32,997 bases of DNA from an uncultured Bacillota bacterium. GTDB lineage: Bacteria > Bacillota > Dehalobacteriia > UBA4068. Under the pieces are notes generated by a model that saw only the letters and a program-made list of their open reading frames with translations, did not search any database and had not been told where the DNA came from. A program made the position numbers and the translations under genes. The stretch spans positions 1 to 32,997 of the forward strand of contig CAKRYM010000001.1 in the NCBI GenBank assembly GCA_934427095.1. Reading direction: 5' to 3'. This document shows positions 15,426 through 23,493 of this stretch, piece after piece (the first letter of the stretch is position 1; the number at the start of each line of letters is the position of its first letter).

Positions 15426-16271
15426 TTACTGAGCTAACCATTCATTTTCGATCTGCGCATAGGTACCGTTTTCTTGCAACACGGCCAGCGCTTCTTCCAT
15501 GGCGTCAATCAGTTCCACAGCGCCTTTTTTGGCGACCATGCAGATGCCGGGGGCCTGGATGGGATCGTCAATTACCTTGAATTCCGGGTTGTTTGCGGCC
15601 TGAGCCTTGGCATAAGTAGCACCTACTACGATGGCCTCAATGTTGCCGTTTTTCATATCAGCATAGGCGTCCACGTTTCTGGTGTAATGGTTTAATTTGG
15701 CAACTTCAATCCCCATATCCGCCAGAGATTCTGCGGCAGTGGTTGCGGCGCAAGCGTCCTGTACGCCTACGACTTTACCGGCCAAATCTTCTTTGCAGGT
15801 AATTTCATCATTGTCTGCCATGACGACAATCACGTCGGCCAGAACATAATAGTTTTCGCTCAGTTCCACAGCGTCCGTAGCTGCGGTGGCTTCTTCTGGG
15901 GACATGGCGGACATAATCACATCAAAGTCACCGTTGTTCAGGCCGGCAATCAGGCTTTCCCAGGGAATATTCAGGCATTCTACTTCCACGCCCATTTCTT
16001 CGCCAATAGCCTGGGCCAGTGCGGGGTCAAAGCCCACAATGTTGTTTTGCTCATCAATGCTTTCGAAAGGCGGATATTCCGGGCACATGCCTACGCGCAA
16101 TACGCCGCTGTCTAAGACAGACTGGAGGGAGTTGTCCACCGTTTCTTCGGTGCCTTCCGTACCTTCTGTACCGTTATTGCCCTGTTCTTCCGTGTTTGCA
16201 CTCTCACCGCAGGCGGTAAGCAGTGCTAAGCCCATCAGCAGTACGAATACAATTGTCAACAGTTTTTTCAT
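15426..16271 (-). CDS. Amino-acid ABC transporter substrate-binding lipoprotein (SBP family 3)
   Basis: The ATG at 16271 has GAGG 6 nt upstream, whereas the listed start is GTG 16283. Lipobox LALLTAC-GE, a low-complexity linker, then LRVGMCPEYPPFES...GFD..LA..I......V....W..LI..L..G.FD.I.S.M, which is typical of family 3 SBPs. Confidence 0.85.
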   Translation of the reverse strand: MKKLLTIVFVLLMGLALLTACGESANTEEQGNNGTEGTEGTEETVDNSLQSVLDSGVLRVGMCPEYPPFESIDEQNNIVGFDPALAQAIGEEMGVEVECLNIPWESLIAGLNNGDFDVIMSAMSPEEATAATDAVELSENYYVLADVIVVMADNDEITCKEDLAGKVVGVQDACAATTAAESLADMGIEVAKLNHYTRNVDAYADMKNGNIEAIVVGATYAKAQAANNPEFKVIDDPIQAPGICMVAKKGAVELIDAMEEALAVLQENGTYAQIENEWLAQ

Positions 16272-16324
16272 GGTGTACCTCACATTTCCTTTTTGTTTTT
16301 ATTTTTTCAACAGAGTTTTCTCTG

Positions 16325-17422
16325 TTAAAAAGCGTTTTTGTTGTCCAAGGCCTTGCTGATTGCCGCAAGATGCCCTGCATCTGTGGGCCCGATGAATTCA
16401 AACAACAGGCCGTCAGCGCCTAACTTTTGGGTGAGTAAAGCCATTTCCTGTGCATCATGGCAAGGAATGGCAAGGAGCATACCTGCATCTTTCAGTTGCT
16501 TTAGCAGGGGAAGCTGTTCGTTGAAATCTCGGCGCCAGGCCTCAATATTCCAATAAATCCCCTGCAAACCTGAGCATTTGCTCAGTAAAGGCAAAAAACG
16601 GAACAAATCCGTGCTGTCCAGATTGAACATGCTATAATCCAGTCTGGCGCAGGCTGCTTCCAACAGGGGCAAGGACAACGTCTGAAAAACAGCAGGGGAC
16701 AGCATGACGGAAATATCCGAACGCACGCCGTCAAATTTTCCCTCGGCCAACACGGGAAACCAGGAGCCTGATTGCCCGTAACCCTGTTCCGTCAAAAAGC
16801 GGTAGATGTAATCGTAAAAATCATAAAACAGCGCATTAAAGGCTAAAGCCGTATCAAGCACTTGTTCCGGTTGGCGAAGGCAGGCTTTGCAAAAATTGTT
16901 CTCTCCCAGCAAAAGGGCAACCGTGGTTAAAGCATCGGCGCTGGTGGGGGGATTGACAAAGGCCAAGTCCCCCACGGCTTGGCAAATGTTTATGTAAATC
17001 TGCATCGCCTTCTGCACAAAAGGGAGATCTGCACGAAACTGTGGTTTGGGCCGCTCCAAAAGGTCTGGCACAGAGGTAAAACGGATAAATTCCGTCTGCT
17101 CATGCATCTCAAAATCATAGCCCGCCAAGCAGGCGAGCGCCACAATATCCCGACCCAACATCACCTGGGCGTTGGGTACGCTTTCCCATAGATAATCATA
17201 ATTCCAGAGTTGCTGTTGGATATAGTTCAGATGCCAGTCAGGGTTGTCGTCTTTTTGCCGGCGGCTTAGCCCCGGGAATTCCTTCGCCTTAACAAGGGGA
17301 TGTTTCTTGGCTACCTTTGCATAGAGCAAGGGCTTGTCCATTTCTTTATGCTGCCAGAAATCCGCAAAACGAGCAGCTACACTAGGGTAATCCGGTTTTA
17401 ATTGAAAAGATTTGCGCATCAT
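16325..17422 (-). CDS. Uroporphyrinogen-decarboxylase (URO-D)-like fold protein, function unknown
   Basis: 365 aa, starting directly after the upstream stop (TAAATG). The size and the C-terminal TIM-barrel-like pattern (GIYWNIE....LPLLKQLKDAGMLLAIPC) resemble URO-D/MtaA-like proteins. This assignment is weak. Confidence 0.4.
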   Translation of the reverse strand: MMRKSFQLKPDYPSVAARFADFWQHKEMDKPLLYAKVAKKHPLVKAKEFPGLSRRQKDDNPDWHLNYIQQQLWNYDYLWESVPNAQVMLGRDIVALACLAGYDFEMHEQTEFIRFTSVPDLLERPKPQFRADLPFVQKAMQIYINICQAVGDLAFVNPPTSADALTTVALLLGENNFCKACLRQPEQVLDTALAFNALFYDFYDYIYRFLTEQGYGQSGSWFPVLAEGKFDGVRSDISVMLSPAVFQTLSLPLLEAACARLDYSMFNLDSTDLFRFLPLLSKCSGLQGIYWNIEAWRRDFNEQLPLLKQLKDAGMLLAIPCHDAQEMALLTQKLGADGLLFEFIGPTDAGHLAAISKALDNKNAF

Positions 17423-17971
17423 TTATAGTTGAGAAAGGATGTGCTGGGCTTCGCTGTCAGGGTCTGCTTCGTTGACCGCCAAAAATTTTACCTTAAGGCC
17501 CGCCTGTTCTAACATCGCAGCAAGCTCTTCCATCATCACTCCAGGTTCTTGCAAGGGGCGAAGGGTAGCGATTTTTTCCGGCAACCCGTAGCCGTCGCCA
17601 ATTTCCCCGTACCAATTTCCTGAACAGGTGGTGTTGACTGCACAGGAGGGGCTACCGTTTAGCCCAATGACTCCGGCGATTTCATAGCCATGCTGGGCAA
17701 AATCTTGCACCTGCTCAAGAATAGGCTGCAATAATTCCCGACAACGTTGGCGAAAGCTTGGAAACGCCAGCTGCTCTTTGACCTGCCCCCACCGGCGAAT
17801 ACCGCAGCAATGCTGCTCCACGCAAGGCAGTTGAATAATGCCATAGCCGGCGGCTAGTAATTCCGTTACCAGCTTTTGGCAACCTCCAGCTACGGTGGCG
17901 ATTCCTTCTACTTTGGCGTTGACGTTTAACAGACAATGCGCCAAAAGAACGATTTTTTTTGCTCGTTTCAT
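17423..17971 (-). CDS. DUF523/TudS-related Cys-rich protein (putative desulfidase-type Fe-S protein)
   Basis: 182 aa. The motifs VLLAHCLLNVNAKVEG, IIQLPCVEQHCCG and GLNGSPSCA resemble the Cys ligand pattern of the TudS (thiouracil desulfidase)-related family. Confidence 0.5.
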   Translation of the reverse strand: MKRAKKIVLLAHCLLNVNAKVEGIATVAGGCQKLVTELLAAGYGIIQLPCVEQHCCGIRRWGQVKEQLAFPSFRQRCRELLQPILEQVQDFAQHGYEIAGVIGLNGSPSCAVNTTCSGNWYGEIGDGYGLPEKIATLRPLQEPGVMMEELAAMLEQAGLKVKFLAVNEADPDSEAQHILSQL

Positions 17972-18007
17972 GTTATCCCGCCTATACTTGGTGTAAAATC
18001 ACAAATG

Positions 18008-18036
18008 ATTTTAAGAAATAATTTTATAATTTTCAA
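18008..18036 (-). promoter_or_regulatory. Candidate sigma-A promoter of the minus-strand six-gene operon (TTGAAA-17-TAAAAT)
   Basis: On the minus strand, TTGAAA (plus-strand 18031-18036), a 17-nt spacer, then TAAAAT (18008-18013), about 35 nt upstream of the ATG at 17971. Confidence 0.4.
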
Positions 18037-18173
18037 CCAATATCAGGATAAACACTAATTTTGCGGTCTTATTTTATAAATTGATAGAAGCAGCAAGTTT
18101 TTTCTTCATGAAAAGCGGAAAGGATATGTTAAATAAGGGGTGTGTCTGGGAAAAGAATATCTTTGGACAAAAT

Positions 18174-18221
18174 AAAACATCCGCAATCCTTCTTCGAAAA
18201 AGAAAGATTGCGGATGTTTTC
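18174..18221 (-). terminator. Intrinsic terminator downstream of tRNA-Asn (hairpin repeat copy B)
   Basis: aaaacatccgcaatc (18174-18188) pairs with gattgcggatgtttt (18206-18220), with inner pairing ttctt/aagaa. On the minus strand it is followed by ttttattttgt. Confidence 0.6.
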
Positions 18222-18296
18222 TGGCTCCCCGAGTTGGATTCGAACCAACAACACCGCGGTTAACAGCCGCGTACTCTACCGTTGAGCTATCGAGGA
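18222..18296 (-). tRNA. tRNA-Asn (anticodon GTT), CCA encoded
   Basis: The minus-strand 75-mer TCCTCGA-TA-GCTC-AACGGTA-GAGT-A-CGCGG-CTGTTAA-CCGCG-GTGTT-GTTGG-TTCGAAT-CCAAC-TCGGGGA-G-CCA folds as a canonical cloverleaf. It has a 7-bp acceptor with one G-U, a GGTTCGAATCC T-arm and the anticodon loop CT-GTT-AA. Confidence 0.9.
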
Positions 18297-18530
18297 TCAT
18301 GCGCTTTTTATTTTATGCTAAGGATGAGAAAATATGCCTGGTAAAAATTCCCTAATCCCCGTCTGACTACGCTGGTTTATCCGTAAAGGAGAAGGGATAT
18401 TGTTATTTTTCCTTCAATATGATAAACTATTTTTAATAGGTTAAATGAAGCTAAGAAAAGCATTGCCAGCAAAAGGGCAAACGGTTACCCCTTTGCTTTG
18501 GTAGCGTATGATGCGAAGGAGGCATGATAC

Positions 18531-19097
18531 ATGACAATGGAGATTCAGGAATTTTTGCAGACCGTACAAGAGCAGGCTGCAGCTGCCGCCAAAGAATTGA
18601 TCGAAATAGCCAAACCAGAAGCAGGAGAAATTTTTGTGGTTGGCTGCTCCTCCAGTGAAATCACAGGGGAAAGAATCGGCCATGGCTCTAATGTGAACGT
18701 GGCGGAGGCTGCCTTTGAAGGCATTTATCCTGTGGTGAAAGAAGCAGGGCTGTATTTGGCTGCCCAGTGCTGCGAACATCTAAACCGCGCGATCATTATT
18801 GAAAAAGAAGCGGCTAAACAATATGGTTATGAAATTGTGAATGTGAAACCCCAGATCAAGGCAGGCGGCTCTTTTGCTACGACAGCTTTTGCTCGCTTTA
18901 ATGCCCCAGTAGCGGTAGAATATATCAAAGACGGCGCTTTGGGCTTAGATATTGGCGATACCTTTATCGGCATGCATTTACGTCATGTGGTGGTGCCGGT
19001 ACGCCTTTCTTTGAAGGAAATCGGTTCTGCTCATTTGACCGCAGCTCGTACCCGGGCTAAGTTTATCGGCGGTGAACGCGCCATTTATTTAACCTGA
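18531..19097 (+). CDS. TIGR01440 (UPF0340, YwlG-like) family protein
   Basis: GGAGG lies 8 nt upstream. 188 aa with the motifs GEIFVVGCSSSEI.GE.IG, LAAQCCEHLNRA, GGSFAT, IGDTFIGMHL and ARTRAKFIGGERA. Confidence 0.85.
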   Translation: MTMEIQEFLQTVQEQAAAAAKELIEIAKPEAGEIFVVGCSSSEITGERIGHGSNVNVAEAAFEGIYPVVKEAGLYLAAQCCEHLNRAIIIEKEAAKQYGYEIVNVKPQIKAGGSFATTAFARFNAPVAVEYIKDGALGLDIGDTFIGMHLRHVVVPVRLSLKEIGSAHLTAARTRAKFIGGERAIYLT

Positions 19098-19112
19098 TCC
19101 TTTGATTTGAAT

Positions 19113-19144
19113 AGACAAGACGGCGAAAGCCGTCTTGTCTTTTT
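19113..19144 (+). terminator. Intrinsic terminator after the TIGR01440 gene
   Basis: agacaagacggc-gaaa-gccgtcttgtct is a perfect 12-bp stem with a GNRA-type loop, followed by tttt. Confidence 0.75.
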
Positions 19145-19269
19145 ATGCAGAAGAAACCAGCGGGAATTTCCGCTTTTTTCTGGCAGGATATGACGGGATA
19201 GTGAAGAAATTAATTGAATCTGTGAATTTTTTGGAATTCTCGGACTTGGCAAATAAAGGAGGAGTGGCT

Positions 19270-20844
19270 GTGGCTGCAGAAGCGCAGATTGCCATCCAGA
19301 CCAAAGGGGTCACCAAGATTTTCGATCAAACCATAGCCAATGAGGATATTAGCCTGGATATTCGCCGGGGGGAAATCCTAGCGTTGTTAGGTGAAAACGG
19401 CTCTGGCAAGACCACCTTAATGAATATGCTGGCCGGGATTTATTATCCTGACGCCGGGGAAATCTGGGTCAATGGGGAAAAAGTGTCCATCACTGACCCC
19501 AGAGAGGCGCACCGGTTAGGCATCGGTATGGTGCATCAGCATTTTAAATTGGTTGATGTGTTTACTGCCGCGGAAAATATCGTCTTAGGGTTACCAGGCA
19601 AGATGATCATTGACCGCCGGACTTTGACAGAAAAAATCCGGGAAATTTCCTCCCGTTATGGGTTTGAAATCGACCCGAATAAAAAGATTTACGATATGTC
19701 TGTTTCGGAAAAGCAGACCGTGGAAATTGTAAAAATACTTTATCGCGGCGCTGATATCCTGATTTTGGACGAGCCCACCGCTGTCCTTACCCCCCAGGAA
19801 ACCCGCCGCCTTTTTGCTATCCTTCGCCGTATGAAGGAGGATAATAAAGCCATTGTCATCATTACCCATAAGCTAAACGAGGTGCTAGAGGTTTCTGACC
19901 GGGTACATATTTTGCGCAAGGGGAAATTTGTGGGCACGGTCAACACTAAGGAAACCACAGCCGCGGAATTGACGAAAAAAATGGTGGGCCGTGCGGTTTC
20001 TTTGTCCATTGAGCGGCCGGAGCCTGTAAACCCAACCTTGAAAATCCGGGCCAAAAACCTGACCTGCTATAATGGGGAAGGGGTCAAGGTCTTGGATCAG
20101 GTGAGCTTTGATCTCTATTCTGGGGAAATTTTGGGCGTGGCTGGTATTGCCGGCAGCGGCCAAAAAGAGCTTTGCGAAGCCTTGGCTGGGTTGCAGCCCT
20201 TACGCACCGGGGAGATTATCTATTACAGCACAGATAAAGCCGGCCAGGAAAAAGAAGAGGATTTGGCCGGTGAGCCGCCCTTTGAAATGATTAAGCGGGG
20301 CATTGTCATGAGCTTTGTGCCTGAGGACAGGCTGGGCATGGGCCTGGTGGCGGATTTGGATATGACCGATAATGTGATGCTTCGTTCCTATTACCGGGGC
20401 AAAGGCCCTTTTGTGGACCGGAAAACCCCGCGCCGCCTTTCTGAACAGTTGATTGACCGTTTGAGCATTAATACCCCAGGTACTTTTACGCCGGTCCGCT
20501 TACTTTCCGGCGGTAATGTGCAAAAGGTGCTTCTGGGCCGGGAAATCGCCGTTGATCCCCAGGTGTTGTTGGCCGCTTACCCAGTAAGAGGGTTGGATAT
20601 CAATAGCTCCTATACGGTATATTCCCTGTTGAATGAAGAGAAAAACCGCCATGTGGCGGTAATGTTTGTGGGCGAAGATTTGGACGTGTTGTTGCAAATT
20701 TGCGACCGTATCCTGGTCCTTTGCGGTGGCGCGGTCAGCGGTATTGTAGACGCCCGTACGGCAAGCAAGGAAGAAATCGGTTTGCTCATGACCACCAAAG
20801 GCGGTCTGCAAGAAGAGGAAGAGGCGGTGTCAACCTATGCATAA
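19270..20844 (+). CDS. ABC transporter ATP-binding protein with duplicated NBDs (BMP/nucleoside-sugar CUT2-type)
   Basis: I chose the GTG at 19270, which lies 7 nt after AAGGAGG. The first NBD has GENGSGKTT, SVSEKQTVEIVKIL and ILILDEPT. The second, degenerate NBD has GIAGSGQKE and LSGGNVQKVLLGRE. The listed N-terminal 45 aa cross a terminator and are implausible. Confidence 0.85.
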   Translation: MAAEAQIAIQTKGVTKIFDQTIANEDISLDIRRGEILALLGENGSGKTTLMNMLAGIYYPDAGEIWVNGEKVSITDPREAHRLGIGMVHQHFKLVDVFTAAENIVLGLPGKMIIDRRTLTEKIREISSRYGFEIDPNKKIYDMSVSEKQTVEIVKILYRGADILILDEPTAVLTPQETRRLFAILRRMKEDNKAIVIITHKLNEVLEVSDRVHILRKGKFVGTVNTKETTAAELTKKMVGRAVSLSIERPEPVNPTLKIRAKNLTCYNGEGVKVLDQVSFDLYSGEILGVAGIAGSGQKELCEALAGLQPLRTGEIIYYSTDKAGQEKEEDLAGEPPFEMIKRGIVMSFVPEDRLGMGLVADLDMTDNVMLRSYYRGKGPFVDRKTPRRLSEQLIDRLSINTPGTFTPVRLLSGGNVQKVLLGREIAVDPQVLLAAYPVRGLDINSSYTVYSLLNEEKNRHVAVMFVGEDLDVLLQICDRILVLCGGAVSGIVDARTASKEEIGLLMTTKGGLQEEEEAVSTYA

Positions 20845-22006
20845 CAACAAAAAAACAGAACATACGCCTTTTGTCCGCATTGTACGCCGGCCCACGATTA
20901 GCCAAGGGAAAATTTGGGCGATTCGCGGCGCAGCCCTGCTTTTTGCCTTATTGACCGGGGCCTTGCTTATTCTTTGCCTGGGCCATAATCCCTTGCAGGT
21001 GTATGGGGAAATGTTGAACGGCGCCTTGGGTTCCGCTACCGCCGCCAAGGAAACGGTGAAGTTGACCATTCCTTTGCTGGTTACTTCTTTGGCTGTGGCC
21101 ATATCCTTCCGTATGAAGTTTTGGAATATCGGCGCAGAAGGACAAATTTTGGCTGGGGGCATTTGCGCCACCTATTTCGCCTTGTTTTTCGCGGATAAAA
21201 TGCCCAGCTTTTTGTTGCTGATTGTTATGGCTGTCGCCGCTATGGTAGGCGGCGGGATTTGGGGGGCTATCCCCGCGATCTTTAAAGCCAAATGGAATAC
21301 CAATGAAACTCTGTTTACGCTGATGCTCAATTATATCGCCTTGGGTATCGTGAAATATTTACAAGCTGGGCCGTGGATCAAAATGGAAGGGGGCTATCCC
21401 AAAATCGCCATGTTTGATGCAGCTGCCCGCTTGCCTGAGGTGTTTGGCGTACATATCGGCTGGATCTTTGCCTTGCTTTTGGTGGCGTTCTGCATCGTGT
21501 ATATGAATCGCACCAAATACGGCTATGAGATCACGGTAGTGGGTAGCTCCGTACAAACCGCCCGCTATTCCGGCATGAGCGTACCCAAAATTATTATCCG
21601 CACCATGCTCCTGGCTGGCGCCATGGCTGGGTTTGTGGGCTTTTTGCAGGTGTCCGGGGCGGACTATACCTTGCATGAATCCACAGCAGGCGGCGTTGGC
21701 TTTACCGCCATTACTGTGGCTTGGCTTTCTCAGCTGAAGCCGGCAATTATGATTGTGGTAGCCTTTTTCATCTCCTTATTGGAAAAAGGCGCTGGCCGGA
21801 TTCAAACGACTTTCGGTATTCCGGATGCAGCTTCCGATGTGTTGATCGGGATTATCCTTTTCTTTATGCTGGGCTGTGAATTCTTTGTCAATTATCGCTT
21901 GATTTTCCGTTGGCAACATGCGAAGCTGCCGCCGGAAAAAGAACTTGAGCCCATGGCAAAAGAGGAAACAGGAAAAGACCCCTTGCCGGAAGGAGGCGAA
22001 GCCTAA
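20837..22006 (+). CDS. ABC transporter permease (BMP-family system, YufP/NupB-like)
   Basis: An 8-nt overlap with the ATPase gene. Polytopic. Motifs FRMKFWNIGAEGQ and RTKYGYEITVVGSS...ARYSGMSV are typical of the BPD_transp_2 family. Confidence 0.85.
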   Translation: MHNNKKTEHTPFVRIVRRPTISQGKIWAIRGAALLFALLTGALLILCLGHNPLQVYGEMLNGALGSATAAKETVKLTIPLLVTSLAVAISFRMKFWNIGAEGQILAGGICATYFALFFADKMPSFLLLIVMAVAAMVGGGIWGAIPAIFKAKWNTNETLFTLMLNYIALGIVKYLQAGPWIKMEGGYPKIAMFDAAARLPEVFGVHIGWIFALLLVAFCIVYMNRTKYGYEITVVGSSVQTARYSGMSVPKIIIRTMLLAGAMAGFVGFLQVSGADYTLHESTAGGVGFTAITVAWLSQLKPAIMIVVAFFISLLEKGAGRIQTTFGIPDAASDVLIGIILFFMLGCEFFVNYRLIFRWQHAKLPPEKELEPMAKEETGKDPLPEGGEA

Positions 22007-23007
22007 TGGAAGTATTTGCCAATTTGTTTGTGGCTGCGATTTTGGCGGGGACGCCTTTGCTGTTTGGCACCATTGGGGAAATTTTAACGGAGAAATCCGG
22101 TAACTTAAACTTAGGTGTGGAAGGCCTCATGTATATGGGTGCCATTGCCGGCTTAGCCGGGGTGTATTTTGTGGAACAGTATAGCGGCGCTTTGTCCTCT
22201 CCCGCTTTGGTATTGGGCTTGGCTTTGCTGTGTTCTTTCTGCTTCGGGGCTTTGGGCTCTTTGATTTACGGCTTTTTAACCATTACCTTAAGAGCCAATC
22301 AAAACGTGACCGGTTTGACCCTGACCATTTTTGGTACGGGCTTTGGGAACTTTTTTGGTTCTCTTTTGGGGAGCAATTCCGAAAGCACGTATATGACCAT
22401 TTCCACTACAGCCAGAAACGCCTTTGCCAATGCGCCCTTATTCCCGGCTTTGGCCCAGGCGGAAGTGGGCAGTTTCTTGTATTATGTGAACAAGATGTTT
22501 TTGTCCTATAACTGGCTGGTGTATTTCGGTATTGTCCTGGCCCTCTTTTTGACTTGGTTTTTGAACCGCACCCGCGCTGGTTTGAATCTGCGGGCCGTAG
22601 GGGAGGACCCTGCTACGGCTGATGCAGCGGGGATTCCCGTTAACCGCTATAAATATTTGGCTACGGTGATCGGCGGCGGTATCTGCGGCATTGGCGGTAT
22701 GTACATTTCCATGGTGACCAGTAATGGGGTTTGGGTATATAATTGCGTGAACGGCCGTGGTTGGATTGCCGTAGCTCTGGTGATTTTCGCCATGTGGAGC
22801 CCTTCTTTGGCGATTTTCGGCGGCGTAGTGTTTGGCGGTTTGTCCATTTTGCGCATGTATTTCCCCTTGGGCATTGCCATGGAACTATATGATTTGCTGC
22901 CTTATGTGGCCACCATATTGGTGCTGGTCATTACCAGTATCCGGCAAAACAAGAGCCATGCCATGCCCAAACATTGCGGGCTGAATTATTTCCGGGAAGA
23001 ACGTTGA
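22006..23007 (+). CDS. ABC transporter permease (BMP-family system, YufQ/NupC-like)
   Basis: TAATG overlap with the upstream gene. Motifs GEILTEKSGNLNLGVEGLM and RTRAGLNLRAVGEDPATADAAGI. Confidence 0.85.
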   Translation: MEVFANLFVAAILAGTPLLFGTIGEILTEKSGNLNLGVEGLMYMGAIAGLAGVYFVEQYSGALSSPALVLGLALLCSFCFGALGSLIYGFLTITLRANQNVTGLTLTIFGTGFGNFFGSLLGSNSESTYMTISTTARNAFANAPLFPALAQAEVGSFLYYVNKMFLSYNWLVYFGIVLALFLTWFLNRTRAGLNLRAVGEDPATADAAGIPVNRYKYLATVIGGGICGIGGMYISMVTSNGVWVYNCVNGRGWIAVALVIFAMWSPSLAIFGGVVFGGLSILRMYFPLGIAMELYDLLPYVATILVLVITSIRQNKSHAMPKHCGLNYFREER

Positions 23008-23040
23008 CTTCTGTGCGGGTAAGAAGAAACATAGAAACAA

Positions 23041-23078
23041 AAAAGCAGCTGGCATAAGCCTAAGCTGCTTTTTGTTTT
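23041..23078 (+). terminator. Intrinsic terminator after the ABC permease genes
   Basis: aaaagcagct (23041-23050) pairs with agctgctttt (23063-23072), followed by tgtttt. Confidence 0.6.
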
Positions 23079-23102
23079 GGGTAAGAGAAAAACGCGATGA
23101 CG

Positions 23103-23132
23103 GCATAATTCTGGCAAAATCCCCATATACAT
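23103..23132 (+). promoter_or_regulatory. Possible sigma-E type (mother-cell) promoter of spoIIID
   Basis: GCATAATT (23103-23110), 13 nt, then CATATACAT (23124-23132) resembles the B. subtilis sigma-E consensus (-35 ATA-containing element, -10 CATACAnT). It lies about 30 nt upstream of the ATG. This is pattern match only. Confidence 0.3.
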
Positions 23133-23162
23133 GGCGTATAAGCCTGGGAAGGGGAGAAGGGT

Positions 23163-23432
23163 ATGCAGGAACATATTCGCCAGCGTGTGCTGGAACTGAG
23201 CCGTTACATTATTGAAAGCCGCGCTACGGTACGGCAAACTGCCGGCGCCTTTGGCGTCAGCAAAAGTACCGTACACAAAGACGTGACGGAACGGCTGCCG
23301 CTGTTGAACGAAGCCATTGCTGCTCGGGTGCGCCATGTGCTGGATAACAACAAAGCTGAGCGGCATCTGCGCGGGGGAGAAGCCACCAAGCAGAAATATC
23401 TTCATTTGCGGGACATGACCCAGGGGAAATAA
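23163..23432 (+). CDS. spoIIID: Sporulation transcriptional regulator SpoIIID
   Basis: 89 aa. IRQRVLELSRYIIESRATVRQTAGAFGVSKSTVHKDVTERLP..N......VR.VLD.NKAERHLRGGEATK is the highly conserved SpoIIID HTH sequence. Confidence 0.9.
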   Translation: MQEHIRQRVLELSRYIIESRATVRQTAGAFGVSKSTVHKDVTERLPLLNEAIAARVRHVLDNNKAERHLRGGEATKQKYLHLRDMTQGK

Positions 23433-23450
23433 GCTCGCAAAGGATAACAA

Positions 23451-23487
23451 AAGAGCCGGTACTATGTACCGGCTCTTTCTCTTTTTT
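23451..23487. terminator. Bidirectional terminator between spoIIID and the convergent HD gene
   Basis: aagagccggtac-tat-gtaccggctctt is a 12-bp stem. T-rich tracts follow on the plus strand (tctcttttttcg), and A-rich sequence precedes it, giving a U-tract on the minus strand. Confidence 0.7.
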
Positions 23488-23493
23488 CGTAAG

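Noticed and set aside
16290-16324. 7-bp hairpin aacagag-tttt-ctctgtt between the URO-D-like and SBP genes, as a possible terminator.
   Set aside because: On the transcribed minus strand it is followed by an A-rich rather than a U-rich tract, and the stem is short. It is not convincing as a terminator.
18222-18296. tRNA-Asn as the attachment site of an integrated element.
   Set aside because: There is no integrase or recombinase gene anywhere in the window. I could not find a second copy of the tRNA 3' end. The compositional boundary is 7 kb away, at about 11.1 kb. Only the hairpin repeat, reported separately, is suggestive.
19135-19269. Long N-terminal extension of the ABC ATPase ORF (start at 19135).
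   Set aside because: It begins inside the upstream terminator stem, its product has no ABC similarity, and a strong AAGGAGG-7 nt-GTG start exists at 19270.
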